A stretch of 64,000 nucleotides of DNA from the NCBI GenBank assembly GCA_035084275.1, contig CM068756.1, forward strand, positions 1,054,001 through 1,118,000, written 5' to 3'. Shown here piece after piece: positions 1 to 13,099 of this stretch (within the stretch, counting starts at the first letter, position 1; every line of letters begins with the position of its first letter). Under the pieces are notes generated by a model that was given only the letters and a program-made list of their open reading frames with translations, searched no databases and was not told the origin of the DNA. The stretch comes from Hydrolagus colliei. Taxonomy: Eukaryota. The translations under genes and the position numbers were made by a program.

Positions 1-19
1 GTTTGCAGTAATTGTTAAC

Positions 20-577
20 TAGAGTGGAACCTCGATTATCCACGACTGAATTATCAGTTTTCCTGATCATTCACCAAGCTCCTGTCACCTACCTAACTTC
101 GCTTGCTTCACTAATGTAAATATAACCTTGCGTCTGAAAAGAACAGCAATTTGAATTCCTACCCAGAAAATCAATCATTTTAGATGTGAAAATCAAAAGC
201 ATGTTTTGTTTGGACAGTTTTATGTTCAGTCAGCAAATAGTAATGAAAATAAACAACAATAAATTACATTTTTATACCACCTTTCACGTCAGAAGGATGT
301 CCTAAAGAGGGCTTACTAGATGCTGAACTAGTCTGAAGTTTATACCTGTGTTCTCTAGGTACCTTTTTATATTTCTGTAATAAAGTGACAGCCGAAGGTA
401 CAGTTCCATGATTTTTCTGAAGTATATTAAAGTTGTTAATTATTCAAACAATGTGCAGTTAAATGAAGAAAGATTCCATCCTCAATTATCAGTCAATTTC
501 AATCATCCACCAGGCTCCCCACCGCTACCACCCCCACCCCACCCACCGCCTCATCATTATGGTGGATAATCAAATCC
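20..577. mobile_element. Degenerate Tigger/pogo-like non-autonomous DNA transposon (MITE)
   Basis: Left end ta-gagtggaacctcgattatccac with partial inverted copy gtggataatc near 562-571. The left end resembles the TIR of the element at 36035-36368. Confidence 0.4.
251..313 (-). mobile_element. L2-type LINE 3' tail remnant
   Basis: aacaacaataaattacatttttataccacctttcacgtcagaaggatgtcc; same motif as the copies at 4102 and 57396. Confidence 0.7.
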
Positions 578-824
578 AAAGAAGTATAAAATAATTGTGT
601 GGAATGAAAGGTGGTCAAGTGGGAACACAAAAGCTCACCCAAATATTTGATTAACAAAATCACTAAATTGTATTACTTATGTTTTGAATAGGATAGTAAT
701 CAGTCAGCATTGAAGCATTTCACCAACGTCAAATTAATTTTGTGAAATTCAATTATTGTTCACTGCTGCTTCAACACAGCTTTTCATAGTTGAATGCAAT
801 GCTTTTAGAACACAACGTGGGTCA

Positions 825-936
825 ATAGGATCAACAGATATTTGTTAGGTACGGATATCAACGGATGGGGAGATTAGGGAGGTAAATTTAGTTGAACAGA
901 ATCAAGGGATTGAATGGTCTAACTGTTTTGTATGTT
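825..936 (+). mobile_element. CR1-type LINE 3' end fragment
   Basis: gatatttgttaggtacggatatcaacggatgggg...gggattgaatggtctaactgttttgtatgtt resembles a CR1 3' UTR/terminus. Confidence 0.55.
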
Positions 937-1063
937 GAAATGCAGCAAAGCTGTGAGCAGAGTTAGGTCTGATTAACAGAATATATATATCTACATGTAC
1001 TATCCTTATCTGTTATTTGAATGTGTTGCTGTATAAAGCACAAACAAAGCAAATTGGCATTAC

Positions 1064-1231
1064 CCGTGTTTGGGATTCTTTGAGTTTGTTGTGTAGGAGC
1101 TCAGTCTCAGTTGTCAGTTGTTGGATTGTTTCTTCGTTCACCTCAGTGCTCCTCTTAGTTGAATCCTGAACAATCTGAATAGATGAAAGCTCTTCATTCA
1201 ACTGGCTTATTGTATCTTCACATCGTTTCAC
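1064..1231 (-). CDS. Coiled-coil gene exon (168 nt, phase 0-0): VKRCEDTISQLNEELSSIQIVQDSTKRSTEVNEETIQQLTTETELLHNKLKESQTR
   Basis: Acceptor ttacttattctag|GTG, donor CGG|gtaatg; overlaps ORF 1013..1231(-). Confidence 0.9.
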
Positions 1232-1959
1232 CTAGAATAAGTAATGTTGGAATATACAATTATCAGTTTCTTTCACCAAGAATAGAGGGAATCAATTTGG
1301 GTGCAAAACACACAAAGTTATTTTGGTTGAAACAAATCATAATACGCAAACAGCAAGTGGATTCATCATCATATTTACGCGCACAATAATTCCTTGTTTG
1401 TTGGTTGTGCTGCCGTGTAAAACACCAATAAAAGCGAAGCAAAAAGAGAAGTTCTGTGAAGAGATCAGTGGTCTTTTTGCTTTTTCACCTATTTTGTGGT
1501 TCTCAAGGCTCAAAATATGAGGCCAAACTGAACACACTGTGTATCTGACTCTTCAGCTGATTTTGTAAATTCCTTCAGTTTGGTGCACACTTGCAGTGAA
1601 ATGACATTGCATTGAGTCCAATCACTGCAGCATGTATCATAAAGTCAGTTCCCTCCATACAGAGGCAAACCAGAGATGAGTCTCCAAACGGGATCCTCTC
1701 AAGTTTGGTGGGAGGAAAATCAGTCGTTCTTCACTAAACGTTGCCTCCAGCGGCGTAAACGCCTGACACAAAATCAGTATAAATCAGCACTTTTAATATG
1801 CTTCATGCTATAAAACAGCTAAAGTTGAAAACAACCTAGGAAAAGTATGTTGTGTAGTATTCCCTACTTTAACATCATTGGCTTTGCTCCAGTGACACTT
1901 TGGTTTGGGAGACAAATGCCATTTACATAATTTTTCTCCAGCGAAGTCTAACCGTAGAT

Positions 1960-2590
1960 TGACTTGCAAAGAGAAACAAAGCAACTATGTCTGAAGAATT
2001 TAAAGAAATATTTTCATTTGTCCATTGAAGGGCATGAAGATCAAGATTCAGTGATTGAAACATTGCATTGCAGGAAGAGTTAAGGTTAAGGGCACGGAGG
2101 GCACGCAATATGAAGGAAGGTGATGAATATAGAGTGGAATTAACAGCCAAAAGTGGATAGGGTTGGATTAGTCCAGGGAGTAATTGATAAAGGGGAGGAT
2201 AGAACACAGACCCTTGGAAAGCCACAGTTGATGGGAAAAGAGTTATAGATTAAACCATCAACTGCAAACGGAAAGATGCATTTGAGAGGAACCTATACAG
2301 CTATGAGCATATCATTGATGGAGGAACACAAGATAATGTTTTATTTTGAAGTACACCTTGCAGGGTTTGGTCAGATGGGTTTGAAGATATTCATAGGAAC
2401 ACCAAATAGACGCCAAATTCCAGAGTTGCATAATGCAGAACATTACCAGTCTCAACTGTAGTGCTGCGTCATAACAGAATTAACATAAAGGTTAATTTAA
2501 GTCGTTGCATACGGGACTGCATTTCAGATGGGACGCTTTGCGGTTTTGTAGATCAAAGTTTTGAGTCAGATTAAGTCCCAACCCACAGCA
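1960..2590 (-). mobile_element. Degenerate L2 LINE reverse-transcriptase fragment
   Basis: ORF 1923..2225(-): AFQGSVFYPPLY ~ GVPQGSVLGPLLF; LQWTNENISLNSS ~ WM..N.L.LN..K (L2 ORF2 motifs). Confidence 0.65.
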
Positions 2591-2764
2591 CTCAAAGGAG
2601 ATAATTTTTGTGTAATGATTGCCATTCAATAAATATATCGCTTCTTGTAAATTTAATCCAGATCATTTTGAATCCAATCTATAATGTTTTGGGGAGTAGG
2701 CAAGTATATTGTATTATTGTGTTGATCTGGGGAAGGATAATCTTCCTGCTCACTGATGTAGGTC

Positions 2765-2876
2765 TTTTGCCCATAAATATACCACGAACAGTCAATTCAC
2801 TTTACAATATATTCTGTGAAGCGCTTTGAGATGTCTAGAAAGCGTGAAAAGCACTATATCAAAATGCACAGATTAT
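2765..2876 (+). mobile_element. 3' part of tRNA/Deu-domain SINE
   Basis: cagtcaattcactttacaatatattctgtgaagcgctttgagatgtctagaaagcgtgaaaagcactatatcaaaatgc matches the 3' end of the full copy at 30552-30885. Confidence 0.85.
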
Positions 2877-2955
2877 AGATCTAATCAAAATCAAAATGTA
2901 TTTGAAACTCTGGTTTAATTATTGAATGTCTTTCCATTATCCCGGGAACCTATAT

Positions 2956-3018
2956 TGTGAAACGCTCTGAGACGCTGTCCATCGTGGAGGGCGCCATATA
3001 AATCGAAGTTGTTGTTGT
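2956..3018 (+). mobile_element. L2 LINE 3' tail (second subtype)
   Basis: tgtgaaacgctctgagacgc...cgtggagggcgccatataaatcgaagttgttgttgt matches the tail of the L2 at 20608-20796. Confidence 0.8.
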
Positions 3019-3339
3019 ATCTATTTGCTTTTAAACTAGAAAGTGCCCCAAATATTAAAATTTGTGATCACACTACATCTAAATTCAGATGAAGGGAATC
3101 TGCTTATTAGCCACTTCAATTGATTCCCAGCTAATGACCAAGACCATGATGTGTGCCCCATTTATCTAAACTCCGAACCAGTATCAGTGCAAAATATTTG
3201 CTGAGATATCTGTGGCCTATTTATTTGCTCTTCTCTCAGTTGCAGGATGGACGTTTAAAACTGCAATGCTAGGAGCAGAAAATAACAAGCAAATCTAAAT
3301 GATTAAAAAAAAATGTGTTTAGCTTGTAACAGCAATGAC

Positions 3340-3486
3340 CTCTTCTGCCATCTCCTGATGGCGTGTTCTGTACTCTCGAAGCTGTCTCTCTAGGCTGTGG
3401 ATTGTCTCATCACTGGTCACTTTCACTGCCTCTGTTGATTTAAGCTGCTGATTTAGATGTTCAATCTGCATCTCATGTTGAAAAAT
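3340..3486 (-). CDS. Coiled-coil gene exon (147 nt, phase 0-0): IFQHEMQIEHLNQQLKSTEAVKVTSDETIHSLERQLREYRTRHQEMAEE
   Basis: Acceptor cttcctttcctttcacaatag|ATT, donor GAG|gtcatt (weak); 49 open codons with heptad pattern. Confidence 0.87.
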
Positions 3487-3816
3487 CTATTGTGAAAGGA
3501 AAGGAAGAGAATGTAACAGGCATCATCATTTTTTCTCTCTCTCTAATGGTAAAACACATCCTGAAAAATTAGGGCACAGTATTCCTAATGGATTCAGCTG
3601 CTAGCAATGCAGGAGCATCAACAATAAAGCCTAAAATACATACTGTTCTTTTACAGCTTCTTTTTTTATATAAAAATAGGCAGTTCTGCAATATATTGCT
3701 CTGTCAACCGATATAAGCATTACTGCACATGTGATCTGCAAATATTTTCCATTCCCAAATGGATTCTCTACAATGCATAACATTAACATTCACTGAAATT
3801 AAACAGGTATGCTGTA

Positions 3817-3895
3817 CCAACCAACCAATTAACCAACCAATTCACCAACCGGCCAATCAAGCAAGCAAGCCAGCAATCAACCAACCAATCAATCA
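3817..3895. repeat. Compound tetranucleotide microsatellite (AACC/AAGC/AATC)
   Basis: ccaaccaaccaattaaccaacc...caagcaagcaagc...caatcaatcaa, abutting an L2 tail. Confidence 0.8.
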
Positions 3896-3940
3896 AAATT
3901 ACATTTAAACAGCGCCTTTCATGTCAGGAGGATGTCTCAA
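3896..3940 (-). mobile_element. L2-type LINE 3' tail remnant
   Basis: aaattacatttaaacagcgcctttcatgtcaggaggatgtctcaa. Confidence 0.75.
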
Positions 3941-4101
3941 CAAAAAACATGATCTTTAAAAGTTTTCAGCTCTAAAAGTGATGTGGTGTTTGTAATTGGC
4001 TACATATAAAAAAGATTCTCAATTTATATCATCTCAGAGAACCTTTGGTTTTTTAGTCATGTTATTTTTAATGTTGTTACCATTGACATAGTTGTGGTCA
4101 T

Positions 4102-4168
4102 ACAACAACAACAACAAATTACATTTATAGAGCGCCTTTCACGTCGGGAGGACGTCCCAAGGCGCTGC
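4102..4168 (-). mobile_element. L2-type LINE 3' tail remnant (well preserved)
   Basis: (caa)n-attacatttatagagcgcctttcacgtcgggaggacgtcccaaggcgctg. Confidence 0.85.
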
Positions 4169-4706
4169 ACAGGAGGCATTAACACTCATACAGGTGTTAA
4201 TGAGTTACTGAGAATCGGGTTCTTTGTTTCAGAAGAATGCTTACTTGAAAAATTGTGCCATTGTACATAAACACCCCAAAGATTTTGCTTGAGCCTGTGA
4301 TCTCTCTCTCGTTGAAGAATGGAGATACTTTTATAGCTTAAGCCCTCAAATGAACTAGACAACTTGCTGCATAATTGGAATTGGGTATATTTACATGATG
4401 GTGGCTAGTTGGAATAACTTGATAATGTGAAAATCAGTATCATCTTCAAACACATCGCCTTGGAATTGCATGAAATGTAAAGCAACTCTCTCAATCCCAG
4501 CAGAGATGTAAAATGTCTACAATTTAATCCAATAAATGAATATTTATTATTACTTTACATTTTGGAATTACATTTATTTTCATGGAAACCCAACAGAAAT
4601 CAACTCATTGCGTAGAAATATGCTTCTTCTGGTTCTAAATGTATATACTTTTTGTGTATGTATCAAAATGTAGACCCAGAATTGCAAATCATGCAGAACA
4701 CTTTAC

Positions 4707-4790
4707 CTCTTGTTCAGATGTCTTAGCTTTGTCTTGCAGGGCAATGCTTTCCATTTTCAGCTTGTGAATCAAACTTTCCTTTATATTCAA
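4707..4790 (-). CDS. Coiled-coil gene exon (84 nt, phase 0-0): LNIKESLIHKLKMESIALQDKAKTSEQE
   Basis: Acceptor ttttttttctccag|TTG, donor GAG|gtaaag; 28 open codons. Confidence 0.88.
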
Positions 4791-6108
4791 CTGGAGAAAA
4801 AAAGGGCTTCATTAATTTTTTATATATACTGTATTTAGCAAAAATGGTGACATGACCCTTTTCTAGGATTCTCTCATGATGTGGTGTTATATCACAACAA
4901 AGGTTTTCCATTTCCTTTGATTCTTTTCCAATACAAACAAGTTGCATGTTTGAAAATTACAAAATCAATGACTGAACGGAAATCCACAAGAAAGGAAATG
5001 GCTTGTTTGCTTATGTCAAAATCTTTACTCTTATTTGGTATCACGGGTCAGAAATACAATCACTGACTTTATAGGGGACAAATTGTGATTTGCTAATTAT
5101 ATTCGATCTGATATTTTCCATCAAGTTACAGTGTTTGTAACATGGCTGCATATGTACATGGATTTAATTGAATTTTATTTGCAAACAGTTTTTTTTCTCT
5201 CCTATTTTTCACTCTCAGTTTCTACTGCCATGCACCTTTTCCACCTGTCTCTTGATAACAATAAAATTAGTGCCTTGAAACCTATGTTAGAATTGGAGTG
5301 TGGATGACCTTTTTGAATCTCCTTCTGAATTGACAATTATACTGCTCTTGGGAGTTCCATATTAAATCAGATATCTCTGTGAACTCCAATTCGATTAGAA
5401 ATGAGTCTTCAATTTGAGCCATGTCCCTTTGCTCCAAGCTCTATCATATTTGAAAGTATTCTTCATATCAAATTTAAAAAACTTCTCACAATTCACAAAG
5501 ATGGGTTGCCAAAATTGGATTACAAAGTTAGTTAGCAAAGTCATTACTGTCAACGCCAATGCCAAAAAAGCACACAAATCAAATCTCTTTGCATTTGTAG
5601 AATATAAGGTTAATAAGCAATCCTAGTTAATGCTAAAGGACAAAAAAATTGAAAATGAACTTTTGAAATCAATTTGTAAAAAATCAACCAACTTGTTAAC
5701 ATACAGTCTTACAGTTGTAACAAAAAATCATTTTAATGCAAAGTAATTTTTCACAGGAAGCCAAGGACTTCTGAAATAGAGTTCAGAAGTTTTTCATCCA
5801 AACTAATCGTGTGATTTGTGAATGGAAAAAAGAGCTAAAGCTAATGTACATAGATGGGTCATGTAACACAGATCATGCACTACAATGTTTTGAAGGGAAA
5901 TTATTCATTGATTTTCCTGTGTTGTGGACTAACCTGTTCATTATTGTGAACATGATGAACAGATTGCACGCCACAATATTTTCCAGCGGTTATGTGGCAT
6001 TTTCAGATAAATTTACACATTGTCTACAGCGAAGTGAAAATGAGATATGATGCACAGATTATAACATGTGTAATTCTACATAGAGGTTTTGAACAAAAGG
6101 GGACTGAC

Positions 6109-6267
6109 CTCCATTGACACAACATTCTGCTCACTTTCCATAGCTAAGTTCACAGCCTCCAGTTGTACGTGAAGCTGTTCATTTTCTTCTACCAATTCAT
6201 GGCAGTGTTGCTGCAGTCGGGCTCTTTCTTCCTTAAGCTGTTTGATTGTCTGCTCAAGTTTTATCAT
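6109..6267 (-). CDS. Coiled-coil gene exon (159 nt, phase 0-0): MIKLEQTIKQLKEERARLQQHCHELVEENEQLHVQLEAVNLAMESEQNVVSME
   Basis: Acceptor tctttatttgtacag|ATG, donor GAG|gtcagt; overlaps ORF 6076..6267(-). Confidence 0.9.
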
Positions 6268-7599
6268 CTGTACAAATAAAGATACACAATATAAATCTTC
6301 CTAATTGACATAAATAAACAAAGCCTTCATTTGATTTACATCACAGGAACAAAAGCACTGACTTAAATACTCTTGGCTTTAAAACATCAAAACCATTACT
6401 GATCAACATGTGTGCTAGATTAGGTGCCTTTGCTTTTTGTAATGTGACCCCAAGTAAATAAAATGCAATAACTGGTTAACATTTCCTCTGAGCAATGGAT
6501 TATGGAGTCCATTGGAAAACAGACATTGGAAGGACAAGAATTTTGATGTTCTATGGACATTGCCAGCTGATATTGAAGTCACTCTGGAATACAACGGGCA
6601 ATTATCATTCGAAGATTTGTATAAGTAGACTGTAACCTAATTAATATACAGCACATTAAAACTTGCAAAACATGTCTACCAGTCATATGATGTAATTTTT
6701 TTCTTGCTATTGAACAAAGGGGTTTTATATTTTGGACTGATGTGAGTGTACACACAAGGGAGCATTGAAAGCAGTGTGCTGACAAGACTAAGTAAATGCG
6801 CTTGAAGTCAATTGCAATATATGAAAATGACATTGTGTACATGAAGTAGAACAACAGACACTGATGGAATTGAAAGCAATAACAGAATCTGAACTAAGAT
6901 AATAAATTACTTGAACTTTGTTCTTGTGGTTTTATGTCTCCACGTGAACTCCTGATTGCGTTGTTATAACTCCACCACCCACCCCCCTGCCCAGCTCCCA
7001 CTCCAGATATCCATTGTTCAATAACATGTATCAAATAAAATACAAATAGGTGAATGAGGGCATTTGGATAGTCGAACTGCAGTTATACAGCATTATGCTA
7101 TTTGTTATTTAATTCTGTTCGCCTGCAATTCAAACATTGCAATCAACTTTAATCCTTTGCAACATCATTATAAATGGATTTCATAGTCTGAGCAATGTTG
7201 TGCTTGCAGAAAATATTTTCTGCATCAAAGATTGCCAATCACCAAAAATTGTGTTCACTTTGGCCCATTTGATCTTCCAGAATACCCACCCTACCCTAAT
7301 ACATTTGCTATCACTTTTAGTATCTTAAATACCTCTGGAAAGCTCATTTTGAGACATCTATTTTCATGGCTTTCAAGGCACCTATCTTACCAAGTAATTT
7401 CTCATAGTTTATCTCACCAATACTGGGAGATCACCCATGTTGCTTTTCTCTGGCCCTAGAGATTAAGCCAGTCACTTGTTCCAAATGAGTGGAGATTGAG
7501 TATGTTTGAGTATGACTGTTCTGTTCTTCTAGTTTTGTTGCCTCACACTGGACACCAAATTGTTGCAAATCAATTAGAAGAACAATTTGTCCAAGTTGT

Positions 7600-7960
7600 A
7601 ATTTAGTGTTGTGACAAATGCTCCAACATTCCAGACGACGTTGACTTTTCACAGTGCCGTAACATACAGCGCATCGGGTTTATTTGACGTGTGCTCTTTG
7701 GAGTCGCATTTATATTCCTTTCTCGTCAATTTAACCTGTTGATTGCTAATTTCCAGTTATGTACACTCTTGAGTGGTTTGGATAAATAGAAGTGTGTTTA
7801 TATTTAGATCTCGGCACACTAAGTGAAGTGCTCGATTTATCATCAATTATTTTTCTTTTTACTTCTGAAAGGTTTTCATCCAAAGATGAGGACGTGCGCA
7901 AAGGCAACAAGCATCTTGCGGCAGAGATCAACCTAATCACGAAAGTTGTTAACACTTAAA
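7600..7960. promoter_or_regulatory. Candidate conserved non-coding element (enhancer-like)
   Basis: Non-repetitive, with many retained CpGs in an AT-rich background and TAAT/TTTAT/TGATTG motifs. Conservation not tested. Confidence 0.4.
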
Positions 7961-8254
7961 GTGCCAGAGATGACTTATCCAGACACAATCTCTCCTAGGG
8001 GAGTAGAGGGACAGGAATAGATAGGTTTACTTGTTCATAATTTTGACTTCCTGATTTAATGCAATATTCCCATCAAAATTTGGCCATGTCCACAGCGTAA
8101 TGGTCAGACACAACTTTGTTAGTGAGGAAAGAAAGAGGAGTCTGATGGTGAACAGTTATGGTGCATTAATACAAAGCAATGCTTAAGTGACCTCACATTT
8201 TGAGCTCCCAATTTCAGCGAAGCTGCTGAAATTTGATATGAAGGGAAACTGGAA

Positions 8255-8519
8255 GAAAAGCTGTGCTTGTCTAATTTGGTAAATGGATGTGGTAAGTAAT
8301 TTTTTTCAAACCTATGAGAGGTTAGAGCATGCAATGCTCTACCAAAAACTGTGATTGAAGTAGAATCCATAATACTGAATTTTTCCAAAGGGAACTTGAA
8401 TAAAGAAAGATACACAATTACTTGGGAAAAAGGCAGGATAGTGGTGAGACAAGATGGATAGCTCTTTTAGAAAGCTAGCCAAGACTTAATGGTTCTGTGC
8501 TTTAGAATTCTAGGATTCT
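8255..8519 (+). mobile_element. CR1-type LINE 3' fragment
   Basis: gcaatgctctaccaaaaactgtgattgaagtagaatccata ~ WN.LP..V.EA.S; 3' UTR ggatagctcttttagaaagctagcc ends in attctaggattct. Confidence 0.6.
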
Positions 8520-10510
8520 TCGACGTCTCTGACAGATTCAAGAGCCAGAAAGATCCGAGGATGAGGTACAGTAGTTGCTAACGCTGTCAATTACAGAATG
8601 CTGGATTACAAGGAGTGTTGAGTAAAGATGATCATTCTTCTGCCAAAAATTATATGTTCCAGTTGGCATTATGCCTTTTATCAGCAATTGAATAAATAAC
8701 ATAATGATATTATGTTCTACACTGTTCTTGGATGGTGGATGACTGTTGTCATATGCAAGTTGATATCTGATATAAAAACTTCAAAACAATTGGGAAAATA
8801 TGAATTTAAATGATATGTATGAAAGTCCACATAGGGTTAATGTTTCTTTAAAATCAAGAAAGCAAAATAAACAGTCTAAGGTAGGTCAAATACCACATTT
8901 TTAATGCAGGCAGAAGATTGTCCAATGAGACTGAATTTTTTTTCTTGTATGATTTGCAGTGAAAGCTTGCCAGCGAACTGTCAATCCTCTGTAGATCTGC
9001 TCAGCAATCAAACAGAATAACCTAATAGTCATAAAACTACAGGAAAATTGAGGCACTGATTCACATTTTAATATCTGTAATTTCTGTAAGAGCTGTATTT
9101 TTGAATACCAAATCACAATTTCTGTCAAATGACAGTGCAATATTTCTCAATTGTATTTATTGCATCTGAATTTGCAGGCTCATATGCAAGTCATATTACT
9201 CTATGGACTCCCTAAAGATTAAAAAAAAATAAAGTTGCTGCCCTTCCCTCAAAGAATTCAAGCTAGAGGAAGCTTCCCACAGTGTCCATATTTTCTGTGT
9301 ATTCCCTAGTCTCAGACATCAAAGAATCATATTCCATCAATAATAATATAAAATAGTGAACAAAGAATACAAAGTAGATAGCAATGTAGTGACAATGTTT
9401 ATTGGGGTCAGGAATCAGACTAACTGAACAATATTAGAATACGGTTCTGAGAAGACAACATTTCTGGATATCAATAGACCACAGAAAAACTATGATTTAT
9501 TCTTGATAGGTAATATTTTCATTAGGAAGAACTTCCTGCTGCTAAAATGCAAGAGCAATTGCACTGAATCACATATCTTAGTTATCACCCATTCTGCATC
9601 AATCAAAAATAAATTCTCTCTCTCAGACTCGCCCCATGCATTTTTTAAAATTTCAATGGAGCAGCCGTCACTGACTGCTCCTCGTCACCCTCCATTCAGT
9701 AGCAACACATAATCTTCACCACGATTACTTAGCAAAAAGTGGGAGGCTCAAAACTCCACCAATTCCTAACCCCCACCAAGACCATTTTCTCTTGCAATGA
9801 AACCGTGCAAAAGTATGGAAGTTTCTAAAAGGTTACCTTAAATTGGAAGTCTGTACCTGCAGTGCTTAAAAAGGCATCCAAATTAGAGTTGAATTTAAGA
9901 AAAATATTTTGTACAACCTAAAGTTTAAAATAGAGCGGTCTTACGACAAAAATGTTTATTCCTTGATCCACACCTTTACACTATTTAATTTCAAATAGAC
10001 TGAAATTATTCAATATATTTAACGTAAATATGATTTTGTCCTGTTTTTGTTTGGTGTCACTAATCATCTCTGGTCAAGAGCGCTGATGGGTGACCTGTCC
10101 CAGACTGTGCCAACATTATGAAATTGCCACCAGGAGGTGCATAGGAGCAGCTTGAGATGACTTGCCCTCATTCATTGTTGCATAAATAATTAAGCAATGC
10201 TTAATCATGCCTCACCACCAGCCTGGTCAAGATCCATGTGGAAGAAGGTGATGAGAAAAGTGATCCTGTCCGTGTTTCTCTACAATCTGCTTGAGATCTC
10301 ATGAGATGTCCCACACATCTGTAGTTTTCCTTCGTGACTCTTTATTTCATCTCCCAGGAGTTATTAATTAAATCCGAATGCCAACAAAAGGAATTCTTCC
10401 TGGCCTCAAATCCCCGGGGTTGATACAATAACTCCCCTCTCTCTCGACTGACTAGATTTTTGGTAAATACATAATCTGGGATGATAAATAGAAAACACAA
10501 TCGTGTTTGA

Positions 10511-10730
10511 GACTGTCTCAGTTGGTAGCACTCTTATCTCTTGAGTCAGAAAGCATTTTGAACTAGTAGAGTCTACGCTGAAACTCCAAGGCAGTGCAGG
10601 GGGTGCCTTTCATTGTTGGCGATGTCATCCTTCAGATGAGACTTTAAACAGAGGTTTATAAAATCCAGTGAGCACTTTGAGACCTGCTCACAACATGAAA
10701 CATGCTACACTGAAAGCAAAGATTATATTA
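10511..10730 (+). mobile_element. Older tRNA/Deu-domain SINE (SacSINE1-like), internally deleted
   Basis: Head ctcagttggtagcactctt...gagtcagaa; body cattgttggcgatgtcatccttcagatgagactttaaacagagg; L2-like tail. Confidence 0.7.
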
Positions 10731-12139
10731 TTCTTTTTAAATGGAAATATTGTTTTCACATATTTTTGGTAAAATTTGTGCATTTCTCTTTCAGACACAT
10801 CCGGTCTAACATTCTTCCTTATAACAATTTTAAATTAGCACAATAAATTGAAGAAAGGAACTAATACAGTACACAGAAAACCAAAATGAATCTATACAAG
10901 ATGAAGCTCATATTGTTGTGGCTAAGCAACGATGTGGAACTCAGATTTTTTAACAAATTGTTATCTTGTACATCTACATTTCACATTATGTAAATGTTGC
11001 CTGCTTTTATTGTGTACTTCTGGGGAAAAAAAGGGTCACTTTTCTATCAATTTTCATTAAAAAAATACTGTACTGGGCTACATTCAAATGATGTGTGATA
11101 GATTACAAATTCATTCTTAATAAGAATGATTTCAATAAAATGCAATATAAATCCTTCAATCAAAGTGAAAACATCTGACAAGAAACTAAACTGTTATTAA
11201 TGTTCTGAAAAATTTATATTATGAGATGTCAAGTTTTACAAATGCAGCAATGCTGTAAAGATTTAATATTTAAGCATAATTCTATCACTCTAATGCTGCA
11301 GATGAAATTATGTAAAATAGATTCAAGCACCGTGCAAGTTGTACGTGATCAATGTCAAGTTAATAATTCAATTAAAACCTAAAACTCATTTTATCTGTTC
11401 ATTTTGTTATGGCCTCCTTTCACTTACTTAGTAATGTAGTTAGATAAAATATTACCAAACAAAATGGTAACGATTTCTACAAAACGGTCTACTAATTGCT
11501 CATTTCTATCTCCGTAGGATTTCAACAAGAAATTATACAATTCCAATTAAATAAAATGCAACTTTGATGTGGCTCATAATTTTAGGATTTAGTATATAAA
11601 TCTAAATAACCTGAGATAACCAGATAACCTCTATAAGCATTTTCATTTCTGGATTCCATGTTGGATCTTTAGAAATGAAGAAAGACTTTTGGCTCAATCG
11701 AATTAAGTAGAAAACATTAACTTTTTCCCCCCACAATCGCAAATCACCATGTAATTTAGAATGATTTTTAAAATTGTCCAGGGAGTAACCATTCCATATT
11801 GAGTTATTTCAGTGAGTTGGAATCCCTATAGTTTAATCTTGAAAGTCATGTGCTGTTGGTTAAAGCGACTACCGAAAATACCAAGACGACCAAGAGAAGT
11901 TGCCGTTGACCAGCTGGTTTTCTGTGCATAGCACGCAGGTGCAATAGGAATGCCAAACCACTTGTCTTGTAGAAACTGTTAATACCAATAAACTTTACAC
12001 CACCCTATCCAAGAAAATTGTTGTAACCAAAGAATAACGGAAATCCCAAAGATTGCCGCTTTCTCAAATTATCTGGCCTTTCAAAACTGGCCATTGTTCA
12101 CTTTGACAGGGGACACAAGTATAAAATGAGGGTATCAAA

Positions 12140-12334
12140 AAGCAGAGGGTAGGGAGAATGTGGAACTTTTTGCCTGAAGTGTTAGCTGAAGCAGACAGTG
12201 CAGAGTCAGGGAATAGATGCGTATGGGGGGGAGTAAGGAGTGCGCGGAGACTCGTGTGGAGTATAAACACTGGCACGGAGTAGTCGGATCGAATGGCTTG
12301 TTTCTTTTTGCTGTGCAGTCTATTTAAGTCTATG
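12140..12334 (+). mobile_element. CR1-type LINE 3' end
   Basis: cagagggtagggagaatgtggaactttttgcctgaag = QRVGRMWNFLPE; 3' UTR ctcgtgtggagtataaacactggcacggag...gaatggcttgtttc. Confidence 0.75.
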
Positions 12335-13099
12335 TGAGACATATTGCAGCAGTCACATTCCAATCTCAAAATCAAAGCGACAAACTGTCCTTTACAATAC
12401 AGTGTTATATGTTTACAAAACAGAATTTGAGTTTTTTTAAAATAAATAAGATTTAGCAGTTAGGTTAAACTCTACAGGATGTAATTATTCAGACATCAGC
12501 ATCCTGAGCATCAGACATTGACTGACCTCCACATTGCTTCCTGGTTCACCTGAGTTAGCAATTTGACAAATGAGGAAAGAAAGCATTTTACTGCTTGGCT
12601 AATGACATGTTAACTATTGGGCAATCATCAAAATAAAACACGGTATTCATAGTGACAATATTTCACCCTAAAATAATTAATTGTTACAGCAAATGCAATT
12701 TTTTTAAACAAAAACCTTACTGCTTATTGTTTTTTGCAGCAGTATACCATAAATTGTGCGCAATTGTCATTTTGAAAGTTTTACTAGCAAATGCTATTAT
12801 TGGGGAATATGACAAGCTACAAATTTTCTTGTCAGGTTCTAAACTGGAAAGGAAATGGCAGGAACACATTAATAGTCATCATATTATATATGCAATGTCA
12901 GCTACATGGGAAGGAAGACCAATTACCAAACAAAGCCCCTTCAACAGCTAACTGAGATCATAAAATCCAAGGCAAAGCTATAATCTAAGAACATCCCTCA
13001 TTTTTGTACAGTCGCACTTGTGTATTCCACATTTAACAATAATTTGAATACTCTCTGTGGGGTTACATTAAGTATATCATTGCATTTATAGTGGGTACA

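Noticed and set aside
1438-1483. aagcaaaaaga...tctttttgctt hairpin as a pre-miRNA
   Set aside because: The stem is about 11 bp and low complexity, too short for a miRNA precursor.
5309-5440. 44-codon open stretch on - strand between exons (SLEQRDMAQIEDSF...)
   Set aside because: The acceptor lacks a pyrimidine tract, the donor (gtcatc) is weak, and the peptide is not coiled-coil-like.
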